A stretch of 63,989 bases of DNA, the filler included, from Perkinsus olseni (Eukaryota), in NCBI GenBank assembly GCA_013115125.1. It is 6 parts of 6 records of this genome, joined end to end, with 100 filler letters (N's around TTAATTAATTAA, not from the genome) between each part and the next. Parts side by side here need not be neighbours in the genome. Positions count along the whole stretch, not along the records: positions 44,653 to 55,687 come from JABANN010000844.1; positions 55,788 to 63,989 come from JABANN010000980.1; 4 more parts are not named here. One strand, written 5' to 3'. A program made the position numbers and the translations under genes. This document shows, in pieces, positions 52,065-63,700 of the stretch. The first letter of the stretch is position 1; the number at the start of each line of letters is the position of its first letter. The notes beneath the pieces were generated by a model that was not told the DNA's origin, searched no databases, and was given only the letters and a program-made list of their open reading frames with translations.

Positions 52065-53393
52065 TTACTCCCAGCTCTCAGGCATGAAAGCGAACTGCAT
52101 AATACCCTGAGGGGTGTTGGGGTAGTCAGCCTTCACTCTGCTTGCGAAATTTACAAAGGGGACACCGTCCCATACGCCGAACTCGTAATGCGCCTTCGAA
52201 TCACCACACTGACCATTGAGAGGCTGCATACAGTTAGGCGACGTATTGAATGATGTAGACCACATCATAGAGATCTTCCCTTCCTGAGAGTACTGAACGT
52301 AGGAGGTCTCCGTGTACTTGATGGCTGTGACATCGCTTTTGCCACTGAATAGGTAGTTGTACATAGCAAGAGCATCATTCACATAAGTGACGAAGGGTGT
52401 GGTCACCGGAGAGCTTGCTATCGGCATGCCAGCATCATCATAGAAGTCGAACATTTGAAGATAAAGATGATCGACGGTCTCAAGGAAGATTGAGCCGCGA
52501 TTGTCAGGACGAGTAACCTCATCAAAGCCACAAGTCAGGGCAGTAGTTAATCCATTAGGTGCCGCCATTCGGATCTCTGAGTTGTCGTGGTTGAGTAATC
52601 TGTTATACGAGGGTGTACCAGCAAACTCTTCAGTGTCATAAACAACCCCAGTAAACACGTCACCGTTCCTGGCAGCATACTCTATAACACCATCGAGGAA
52701 GGACCCCATAGGTGAGGCAGCCAACCATTGGTCTCGTTTACCATGGGCGGTCTCCAGATCGGGATAGCAGATAACACTCAACTTGCCAGCAATACGATTG
52801 AGTAGATGAGAGTATAGCGGGGAGCTCCTCGTACCAGTTAGAGCATCATCAGGAGTGGTCACTCGGACAACTACTTGAGAATAGCGCATGCCGATGTGAT
52901 TGCCCATCACATGATTGTAGACCTCGTCGTAATAGACACCAAGCTGATGCACATCGTAGATCTCGGGGAATTCGACCCACATGAAGGAGTTTTCCACAGT
53001 AGCTGGCGGAGGTGGAGGGGTCGTCTTAAGAGCAACAGAAGTGGTCTCTGGAACTGCGGTGTCAGTTTCGGTGACAACCCGAGTAGTTGCGGGAGCACCG
53101 GAGCTTGTCTTGGGGGCAACAGGATTCGTAGAGCTGACCACATCATGACCCCCAAGATAGTTTTGTAGCTGTTGCTGGGCCGGTATGGCGCAACTACAAG
53201 AGATCGAACCACCATGGCACACATGAGAGTTGCCCATACAGTAAGATGCCGCACCCTGTACCCGAGCGTCTTGACAGAATTCATCACCCGTCGTAAGACA
53301 GCTCGAGCTCAGTCCACGCAACATAGTAGCTTGGACCGAGAACACTGTAGATAAAGAAGCGGCGACGAATAGCACGACGGATGAGCAATGCAT
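52065..53393 (-). CDS. Secreted protein: Cys-rich module, Thr/Pro linker, GH18-like domain (copy 1)
   Basis: Signal peptide; six-Cys segment; mucin-like linker; FTGVVYDTEE, VDHLYLQMFDFY and GIMQFAF resemble GH18 beta4, beta6 and beta8 motifs. Confidence 0.7.
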   Translation of the reverse strand: MHCSSVVLFVAASLSTVFSVQATMLRGLSSSCLTTGDEFCQDARVQGAASYCMGNSHVCHGGSISCSCAIPAQQQLQNYLGGHDVVSSTNPVAPKTSSGAPATTRVVTETDTAVPETTSVALKTTPPPPPATVENSFMWVEFPEIYDVHQLGVYYDEVYNHVMGNHIGMRYSQVVVRVTTPDDALTGTRSSPLYSHLLNRIAGKLSVICYPDLETAHGKRDQWLAASPMGSFLDGVIEYAARNGDVFTGVVYDTEEFAGTPSYNRLLNHDNSEIRMAAPNGLTTALTCGFDEVTRPDNRGSIFLETVDHLYLQMFDFYDDAGMPIASSPVTTPFVTYVNDALAMYNYLFSGKSDVTAIKYTETSYVQYSQEGKISMMWSTSFNTSPNCMQPLNGQCGDSKAHYEFGVWDGVPFVNFASRVKADYPNTPQGIMQFAFMPESWE

Positions 53394-54781
53394 TCGTAAA
53401 ATGGAACTGCGCAAACTGACAAAACAATGAGTACCGAAGATACAACCCAGGATATTAGGCGAGATAAATCCAGAAGCAGCGGACAGAATGCCGTGGAAGA
53501 ACGGTGGATGGCTAGCGCTAGTGAAGGCCCGTGGGAGAGCATTAGATGGGGTGCTTCTTCCATGGCGCTAGGCTAGTACGACGGCTAGAGAACAATGTGA
53601 TGGGTACTGAACCAGGCGGTGGGTCCGAATAGTCTTCAGAAGTACTCTAGGGATGTGGATAAAGTCCAGTGAATGTGGTTGATGCTACTCCGTAGTAACA
53701 TCTATCGTACTCACAAGCAACCTCAAGTTAGTTGCTGGGACACTCGCATGATTGTTCTGTGTGAGATCTACCCTCATACGGCCCTCGCTAGTAGCACACA
53801 ATAAGTTCCAGCTCCGCACTGTGACGCGTCATGCCTACTCTCTAGCGCCTCTCAGTAAGTAGAGCAAAGCGCTTCCCGAACTATCCCTGAGGATTCGTTC
53901 GACACATTCCTTCCTGACTATAAACAAAACATCAGAATGACTGTTAACATCAGTAAGGTCAAACACCCCAATCGAGTACAAAGCTGAACTGATATTATGG
54001 AATAGGCTGTACACATAGATGATGAGCAATAGTCAACACAACCGAGGAACAAATCCGTCTCCAATCGAGAACGAAGGCTGCGTGAATCGATGTCAACGAT
54101 CCGGGGAGACACTGATATCAGACGGTTCGATACGAACAACAGCGACATCAGTGACTCGGGGAAAATAGAAACGTCAAAATGGGACGCCTATGCAAGAAGA
54201 CTTCTCGGAGAGGCTCCGGCGACGGGCAACACGGTGCCACACCATTGAAACCTCGGCTACATGGTAGCCCGGGCCAGTCGTTGAAGCTCCTTGAAAATAG
54301 CTAGTAAGCCACTTGAAGCGAACAAGAGACGATGAGTAGAACTACAAATACTGAACAGAGATAACTGCCCAAGTAATAGGTAGAGCACATGAAAGCCGGC
54401 TGAAAATGTGCGACATCAACCATGAGTTGCAGAGCTCACCACGCGGATGCTGACACCGCAGACGCACCTAATCAATTACTTGAACGCCCTAGGGCAAGTA
54501 CGAGGAGATATGACGGCGAGTCGTCACGAAGTGGTGGCTACAGATGAATACCGAAAACTTTAACGAAGTGGAAAAGTATTTACCGACCGGGGAAGTCAAT
54601 ACGGTTTGGAGGAACAGTATGCACTTCAATAATGAAAGAAGGTTATCACAATGAGGCATTGCAACATCGTGATGTTAACCAAGATCGGGAGTTCGCTGAG
54701 GTTGGAAGCTCAACATATCACTGATCAGGATGAAGTGAAGAAGCAACGACGACATGGACGACAAAGGGCTCTGGATGTGCC

Positions 54782-55687
54782 TTACTCCCAGGAACGAGGC
54801 ATGAAAGCGAATTGCATGATGCCCTGAGGAGCCTTTGGGTAATGATCAACCACGTTAGAAAGGAAGGACACGAACGGCAAACCCTCCCAAACACCGAACT
54901 CATAGTGAGCCAGAGTGTCACCACACTGACCATTAAGAGGCTGCATACAGTTAGGCGACGTATTGAATGATGTAGACCACATCATAGAGATCTTCCCTTC
55001 CTGAGAGTACTGAGCGTAGGAGGTCTCCGTTTCTTTGACGGCTGTGACATCGCTTTTACCGCTGAATAGGTAGTTGTACATAGCAAGGGCATCATTCACA
55101 TATAAGTGACGAAGGGTGTGGTCACCGGAGAGCTCGCTATCGGCACGCCAGCATCATCATAGAAGTTGAACATTTGAAGGTAAAGATGATCGACGGTCTC
55201 AAGGAAGTGCGGGCCCCGATTGTCGGGACGAGTCAGCTCGTCGAAGCCACAAGTCAGGGCAGTAGTTAACCCGTGAGGCGCCGCCATTCTGATCTCTGAG
55301 TTGTCGCGGTGGAGCAGTTTGTCATAGGAAGATGTGCCAACAAACTCTTCGGTGTCATAAACGACACCAGTGAAGGCCACGCCATTTCTGGCAGCATACT
55401 GTATGGCACCATCTAAGAAGGACCCCATAGGAGAGGCAGCCACCCATTTGTCCCGCTTCCCGTGACCAGTACCGAGATCGGGATAGCAGATAACACCCAA
55501 CTTGCCAGCAATACGATTGAGTAGATGAGTGTATAGCGGGGAGCTCCTCGTACCAGTTAGAGCATCATCAGGAGTGGTCACTCGTACAACTACTTGAGAA
55601 TAGCGCATGCCGACGTGATTGCCCATCACATGATTGTAGACCTCGTCGTAATAGACACCAAGCTGATGCACATCGTAGATCTCGGGG
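54782..55687 (-). pseudogene. Paralog of 52065-53393, frameshifted (or sequencing error); 5' end truncated by contig edge
   Basis: Highly similar to copy 1 but has 2 extra nt at ~55100 (CATTCACATATAAG vs CATTCACATAAG), splitting ORFs 55096-55671 and 54782-55099. Confidence 0.75.
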
Positions 55688-55787
55688 NNNNNNNNNNNNN
55701 NNNNNNNNNNNNNNNNNNNNNNNNNNNNNNNTTAATTAATTAANNNNNNNNNNNNNNNNNNNNNNNNNNNNNNNNNNNNNNNNNNNN
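55688..55787. other. Assembly linker
   Basis: N run with TTAATTAATTAA. Confidence 0.98.
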
Positions 55788-58700
55788 GGTCGTCTCATTG
55801 GAAGAAACCATTGAGATTGCAAAATTCTATGATGAGGATGAACAACAAGATCTACTCCAAGCGAAGGGTAGTAAAGGAGCCTCTGAAGCACCTAAATCAT
55901 CCGAAAGATCATCATCAAGACCGGTATGCAAATTCTACATACGTGGGCATTGTACGAAGGGGGTGAACTGTACCTTTGCTCACCCTAAAAGAACATCGGA
56001 GCGACTTCCTACTCAACAACAGGGCACGACTTCTACTGGACCACCTAATTTTGAGAACCCTTCCTTCAAGCCCAAAGGTATCTGTCATGAATTCAAGAGC
56101 ACGGGCAAGTGCTCCAGGGATAATTGCCTCTTTGCTCACATAAAGCCCGAAGCGACAACGGGCCCAACCCCAACGACTGCTACTGTCACTATTGATGAAC
56201 GCCGCAATGATGAGAAATGCATGGCCATCGTGGGTACAGCGAGGTCAACAATCACGATAAGCCAAGCCCTAACTGCAAATGTTGGCATATGCGGAAGTTC
56301 TGGTGGCTGTACTCGTCAAATATGCTGTCTATTGGATACTGGCAGTAATGTGAACTTGTGTAGTTCAGCTCTTATACAACGTCTAAATTGTGAAGACGAT
56401 GTTATCAACGACAATAATGGTCTAACTAGTGTCCGCTTGGCGGATGGTCGGAATTCCCTACAACAGGCAGGTTCTGTGAATCTTCTATGTGAAACACCAT
56501 GCGCACAAGCCCGTATTACATTCGTCGTGGTGCCGACTTTGGCCTACGAAGTTGTCCTGGGAACCGGGGCATTAAGCTCTCTGGGGATCCACATCCACTT
56601 CAGCAAGGGCACTGATCAACCTAAGGTCACCAGTGGTCATTCGGTGGTGGTTCAGAACGCCAACAATGACGACGGTGTTGCCGCTCCCAACAAGGAGGAA
56701 ACTACAAATGAAGAAGAGTGGCAAGATGATATGAATGATGGGTTAATATCATGCGGTGCCACCTTCGAGCCTATCGTCCTGAAGGACATAAAAGATGATG
56801 ACAAGAAACTTGATGATGACAGTCAACATCAAGACAGCAACATCTTCTCCGACCCCCTAACAATTGATGATGAACCATCAAAACAAAACATTGGCAGGAC
56901 ATCGCCAGTGCTACAAGATCTCCCGTGGTGTGGTGAAAGTAGACCCAAAAAGAACTGGTTCGAAGCTTTGGGGCGAGCAAGGAGCTTGGAACGCTCCCTA
57001 TCCCCACCAGAGCACATATCAGCACAAAATGCCTTTCAAACACCACTTGAAGAAGGTCACATTGAGTTGTGTGAAGAAGATGACATCAATTACTACTTGC
57101 CCATTCATGTTGTCTATAAACCGGGAAGCATAAGCTCGGCTACGAGATTAACAGTGGATGGGCGACGACTCAATAAGCTCTTACGAGTAGGGTCATTGGA
57201 TAATTGTTTATCACTGAACCATAACCTAACCATATGGCGATTATCACCCGGATATGTATCCTTGGATCTATCCAAGGCATTCCATTCGATCAAATTATCT
57301 ACGGTGGTATCATCCTATTGTGGTGGATATCTTTATGGACACCACTTTAGATGGAGGTCTCTGCCCTTTGGGCTATGCTGTTCATCATCTTGTTTACACC
57401 AATCTCTATTACCCATCATCAATAAAATTCCCACTGATTCGTCAGTGGTATGGTATGTTGACGATGTAGGTGTCACGGCCAGAACCGTCGATGCCCTGCG
57501 ACTAAATGAAGGAAAAGTATCAACTACTCTGACACACAAGGGTTTCACTCTTCAACCGAAGAAACGGGTATCTTCAGTTGACTCGGTTGGTCACTTTACT
57601 CACTTCGGTTATCATTGGCATGTAGATCCTTATTCTTCTCCGGTATCTGATGATATATGTGCACAACTTCCTCAACATGTACAAACCCTATACGATGATC
57701 CTCAGTTAATCTTGAGTAAACGACAACTACTGGCTGCTTATGCCACGTGGTATGATTGTATGGGCATCTTCCCAAGTATCGGCGTCAGAGGCAGACTCAA
57801 TATGCAAGCTGCCAATCAAGATACTCCTAATTGGGATGATGAAGTTGACCCTAAACACATTGACAATTTCCGTCTGTGGTGTCAAGCAATAGTTGATAGT
57901 AAGCCTCGAGTGGCTCGCTCACTCTGTGGCGAACATATCTTTATGTTTAGCGATGCTAGCGAAGTAGCGTGGTCTTGCGTCGCTTACTCCCCTACATATG
58001 ATATTCATCGTTCATGCATCCGAAATGATAAACCCCTGCAGCCGTTGAGGGGCTCGGGTGGTGTGTTCAGTTCGACTCATTCATCATGGACTATTCCTAA
58101 AAAGGAGTTATACGGTCTCTACAGAGCATGTGAGCTCTTGAGAGAAATATATGATGCTACAAAATCATTAAATATCCCTCGTCGTGAGTGGCTTTTATTC
58201 AGCGATAGTGCTATCACTATCTATCGCGTGAAATCGAACCGTAATGATGTTAAGCTCTCGAGCCTTGAAGCTCGTTGGGTTACTTATATCCGTGATACTT
58301 GTAATAAGTTGAATGTCCATTTGCTACATGTTTCAAGTAGCAATAATCTAGCTGACGCGCCTTCCAGAGGAATTATTGTACCCTCTGAGAATTTTGCGCA
58401 TTTCAAACTCTCCTTTGTTCGGTCATTACTTGATGGTTCTACCCTGGTCGAGCATTGTCCAAGCCCTGACTTGAAGAACGAACACAGCAATGATATGTTA
58501 TGCTCTGCCATCGATGAGGACCGTGCCGAACAGGAGAATGAAGATGTTGAGGTTGAAGAAGTTGAAGTACCACTGATGGATATGATGGATATTGAAGAGG
58601 TCCGTGAACATCAACAACGATCTCCACTGTACAAAGATATCCGTCAATGGTTACAACAAGGTGGGCACTGGAGTACTTCATGTAGTTTACCGAGAAGCCT

Positions 58701-60210
58701 ACTAGAGAGAGAAGGCCCACCATATTCCTTACAAAATGATATTCTCTATCGCATCACCTCAGTAGATGCTAATGGTGTATCCCAACCTAAGATAGCTCTG
58801 GACCACGCGGACAAGGATTTTATACATAGAGTGATTGACGTGAACCACCACCACATGGGACACCTTGGTGCTGAGAAATTTATACCTTTGTTAGAAGAAC
58901 GTTATTATTGTTCGAGATTCAAGTCTATAATAAGGTCTCGTCTGAAGACTTGCGACCCCTGTCAAAGGATACATGCTGTTCGACATCATAAAAAGTTTTG
59001 GTCCCGTCTTCGTCTGAAAGGACTCCGTCCAGCACAAATCATAGCCGTTGATGTTGTGGCTATGTCTCCTCATGGTGTTGATCCGGCAGATCCGCGGACT
59101 CGTCGCTACACTTCTATTCTCACTGCGACTTGCGCAGTGAGTAAGTTTACTTGGTTGCGGTGTATGCACTCCTATACGGTTAACGAGATTATTAAAAATC
59201 TCGATATTTTACTTGGCGACATCGGTTATCCTATAATATTAGTCTTCGATGGTGCAGCTACACAAACTCCGTGGACAACCACAAGCCAATATCAGAAGCT
59301 TAAAGCGTGGGGTGCAAAAAAGGCAATACAAATTGCCATATTACCACCCTACGCTAGGGGTTATGCTGGCTGGTACGAGGCGTGTCATAGGTTTGTACGT
59401 AAAGCTCTGCAGGCAGATTTTTTAACTGGCAGTGAGCCTGAGGCTTGGCCCGAGCGTATCGCTCATTTCCAACTTATCATGAATAGTACCCCTTATGATT
59501 CGCAGAGTAGCCTATGCCCGTTATACCTTTTTTATGCCTATGCTGGCAGAATACCCTGTGATGTACCATCAGATCCAACAGAAGACCTATCCAATTTGGT
59601 CTCTGGTGTACAACATTTATTGAACCCCGTTGAGCAGGAGTTCTTAACTAAGTTACATGCTGAGTCTGTTGCTATCACTAAAACTCAGTTCTCTGACTAC
59701 CAACTATATTGGAAGAAGCAGAAGGAGATACAACAAGCAGCACTTCAACGGAAATATGGTGCGGCCCAGACCCCTTCCTTCAAGGAAGGCGATCTCGTTC
59801 TAGTTTTTACTCCGTCTAAGGAGCGAGCATGTCCGGACTTTTCTGGTCCCTTTCGTATCGTCGAATGTATCAGTCCGAGCACATGCAAAATTTTGCCTGT
59901 AGGAGGTCACAGCGGTGAGGATCATATCGTACAGTTGCCACTCGTAGAAACTCTGCTCGTGTACCACAAATCCGTACAGTTTCACCTCATACAGTTTCCA
60001 GTCGTACAGTTTTGCTTCGTACAGTGTCATTTCGTCTTGCTGCACTCAGTACAGTGTCATTCCGTACACTGTCGAATCTTACAGTGTCCACTAGTACAGT
60101 GTCATATCGTACAGTGTCCGCTCGTGCAGTTTCACTTAGTACAGTGTCAAATAGTACAGTTTCACCTCGTACAGTGCCAAATCGTACAGTTCCACTCCAT
60201 ACAGCGTTAA
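55788..60210 (+). mobile_element. LTR-class retrotransposon A: uninterrupted gag-pol ORF (CCCH x2, PR, RT, RNase H, IN), BEL/Pao-like motifs; 5' truncated
   Basis: LLDTGS; YYLPIHVVYK..RLTVD; LDLSKAFHSI; LPFGLCCSS; YVDD; NWDD; FSDAS; TIPKKEL; NLADAPSRG; HHHMGH..CDPC; IAVDV/FDG/GWYE. Confidence 0.93.
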
Positions 60211-60254
60211 CTCGTACACCCTACTCTCGTACACCCACGATTTCGTACAACCCC
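59925..60254 (+). repeat. Degenerate 15-bp tandem array, core CGTACAGT
   Basis: About 20 units (e.g. TCGTACAGTGTCATT, TAGTACAGTGTCATA), translating as VQxxx pentapeptides at the end of the pol ORF. Confidence 0.9.
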
Positions 60255-60316
60255 GGCGGGGTTACCCCGCCAATTTTTTAGTATATTTTGCGCCGCGGCG
60301 CAAAATACATCCGAAA

Positions 60317-60690
60317 TTCGGATGTATTTTGATTGAAATACTTTTCGAGCCATCTTCTAGTTGAAGTCCGAGCACGGGAAGGTAGTCAAAGACTTCTTTC
60401 CTCACATACAGGGAATCATCATCATCCTCGAAGAGTATCCTCATTGCAGCTATTTGCCCATCATCGTACCCGTCGCGCTTCATCCCCCTTCTGATCGCCC
60501 TCACGATATCATCATGTAAATGCGGATAAGACATGCTAATGGTACTGGTTCCAGTATCGATGGTTGTCATGAACGACCTTGGATACGTGTATAGGAATCT
60601 TTCCTTCGTGAGAAGATTCTCATTTGTGTCGAACAGCTTAACAGACGGCACCCAAGTCTTAGTGTAAGCTCGATGGTAGTGTGGACCGCG
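60317..60690 (-). pseudogene. Fragment of a host pepsin-like aspartic protease (C-lobe)
   Basis: TTIDTGTSTISM catalytic motif, followed by YLPVLGLQL..SISIKIHP; no N-lobe or start. Confidence 0.6.
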
Positions 60691-60789
60691 GAAAAGCTCT
60701 ATGATGTTGTACGCTGATTGTGGAGATCTCATCGCGTCCCCGAGCGTCCCCGAGCATGGCACATCTAGTGAACCTAGTCACTAGATGAC

Positions 60790-63700
60790 ATCTAGTCGAC
60801 TGTGAAGCTTCGAAGATAGTACAGCACTGGTCCTCGAGGACTTGAGTGTCCAACACCCCGCCCCCCTTGCGAGGAATCAACACCTCTCCAAGGCACCGAC
60901 CACCGGCGTGCTCAACAGGCCTATCCAGTAGACTGCTAAGGGAGTCGGCGTGGGTGTTAGAGGCACCGGGGATAAAGTCAAGGGAGAGAGAGCTGTGCTC
61001 GCGGATCACCTCCAACTCGGAACCGATAGCATCCACCAGGCGCACCAGGGCTCTTCTCTCGAGAACCTTAGAAGACTGCAGTTTCAGAGAGCCAGACTGT
61101 ATCCATGCTAAGCTGGGACGGTTGTCACAGCGGAAGCACACCTCCAAGGGCACCACCCCTCGTCGCTTCTTGCAGGCTGACTTGGCGCAGAACTCAACGA
61201 TCTCAGCAACCTTACGGAGAGCTAAGAGGCAGAGACGTAACTCACGGCGGTTGCTCGAGTGAAGAGTCTGGCTTCGACTGAATCTTACTGCATCTTCATA
61301 GATAAGCTGGCCGTCCGAGTAGATCGCGAAACCCCCACCGAACAGGGAAGCATCACTACAGACCTCCAACTTGATGGGCTGGGGCTCATTGGTACGGACC
61401 ATGACAGCATGCGAACAAGGTACGGACTCCGCCTCGCAGATCTCTCGACCCCAACGAACAAGCTCGAGGTAGGCGAGTTTGTAGTCGTCGCTCATACTTG
61501 CTAGGTCGCACACGCAGTCCCAGTCCACCGCCGCAAAGCAACCGCCCACCAGTGACCTCAACGTATCAGCTAGTAGTCGAGCGCGGGCATGTAACTTGGA
61601 TAGGACGCCCTACGCGTGAACTGTAGTCTACAGTCTGTAGACGAAGTCGGTATTAAAGATAGAGACAGCAGAGCCATTGCTGACGTCCATACCACACTCC
61701 GCGAACACCGCCTGCATCTCCTCGACAGACCTCGGTACCGTGGCTACCGCCAACTTCTTTTCCTGAGATAAGAAGCCACCAAGGAATAGGAAACGGAGCA
61801 GCTGGCAGAGGTTGTGAGCGACAGCGACAGGCAACCCGGCGATGACCAGGTCATCGAAATAGTCGTGGAGCCAGGTATCCGTGGCCACGTCGCTGCATCG
61901 ATAGCCAGAGACGCCTACTCCCAAGGTTCCACGCAGCGCCAACGGACCGGCAGATACACCGAAGCTAACCCTCGCGGTGATGTAGTTGCCGACGGCGGTC
62001 TTAATGGAGATGGCAGGTGTACCCGACTCGGGCGATAACCTGATGGAGTAAAAGGCCGACTTAATGTCAGCTGTAGCAAGGGCCATAGGGGCCGTCATCC
62101 TGACCGAGCACAACACATCAGCCAGACCCGGACCACCATGGACGGCCGCAAGAGGCAAGGCCGAGTTTATCGGCCGGAGGTCGCAGACGAGACGACTCTT
62201 GGAAGGTGGCTGGGACGACGACTTGTTGGTCACCAAGAACACATTGGCCGCTGGCACCGAAGGCGACTGACCTCCGTTACTGGGAGGTGCTTCGGCCCAG
62301 AACCCCTTGTTGACAAAGTCGCCTACGAGTTCAGCGTAGGACTGCTGAAGTGCACTGCTCAAACGGCGGTACATCGCGAGGGCGTAGTCTCCAACGGCTA
62401 CTCTCGGCACTGAGAGAGCAGGGAGGTACAATTCGGCGACGTAAGCCTGACCGGGAACGTCCAAACGCTCAGACGGAAGCAGACGACGGATCCGAGTGCG
62501 ATACGAGCCACCCGAGGAAGAGTCCAACCATCCCTTAGCGGCGATAGCGTTCCAGATCTCAAACAGGCTGGTCTCGGTCCGCGGTGGGAGTCGAATGACC
62601 ACCGGCTTGGTGGGGACCGAAGAAGGAGGAAGGAGAGTGAACTGCGAGGAGTCAACTCTTGCGGTCGTCGCCTCACCACCGTAGAACAGCTGGTTGTCCA
62701 GTGGTTCGTCAGAGATGACCTGGATAGTCTCGCCGGCTTGGGCATCGGGAAGGAGGTCAGAGCCATAGACTAACCGACCGTCAATCCAAGCCCCGGAGAC
62801 TCCATGGCAGACAATTCGCCAATGGTCGATAAGGTCTCGCCCGATCAAGCAGTACGGCTTATGGGTGGCATCGCTGCTGGATGTCGCCCGACGGGATTGG
62901 CAGAGAGGCAGGAACCGGAAGACGTGATCGGTGTCGCCTAACCACTCTCGTTGGTTGATGTCCAAGGCGGAGACGGACAGACGAATAGTGCTGTTGACAT
63001 CGATACAGCGGCCGTCCGCCAGTTGGACTCTCGTAGGATTACCTGCACACGACACGGAGAAGGGCAATCGAGCCAACGGGTCTGGGCTGACTAGGTACGA
63101 TGCACTGGCTCCAGTGTCGACAATTCCATGAACTTGAAGGGTCTCCTCGGACTGGCGGAGACGAAGCTGAAGAGTGACCTCCGACAGATGGCGCTGTTGC
63201 TGAGCACCGTGGAGTTCACTTCTCAGGCGGATAGAGTCAATCGAGTTATGGCTGACCCAAGCGCTACTGCCATCCTGGGACAGGCCACACGAAGACGGCG
63301 GCTTGAAACCAGTTGACAGCGCATCGATCTCAGCGGAAGCTGCGTCGTAGCATGCCGCAGGCTGACCACCGAGAGGAACAGACGGAGAGCTCGTAGGTGG
63401 GGAAGTTGATAGTGTAGGCTCACTCCGGCCATTGTGCGAGCTGCCTACTGGCTCACACGACCGTGGGAGTTTTTTGAATTGGGTTTGTAGTCACAGTCGA
63501 ACTGCTTCACCCTGGTATAGAGCTTCCTGTCTGTGAACCCTTCCGTCGCCGCCGCCTCACCGGAAGTTCTGGAATCGAAAGCCAGTAAAGCATACTTCTG
63601 GCCTCGCCGTGACACCAAGAACTTGACCTCACTGGCCGCCCCTAAACCGGGAGAGTTAGCAGGCGCGCTCTCGAGCTTACCGACACCAGGTCCGGTCACG

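Noticed and set aside
59925-60254. CRISPR array or telomeric repeat
   Set aside because: Fixed 15-bp degenerate period without unique spacers; not G-rich or terminal.
60012-60281. Independent RTVS-repeat gene
   Set aside because: Open frame is a by-product of the 15-bp array; no ATG or other support.
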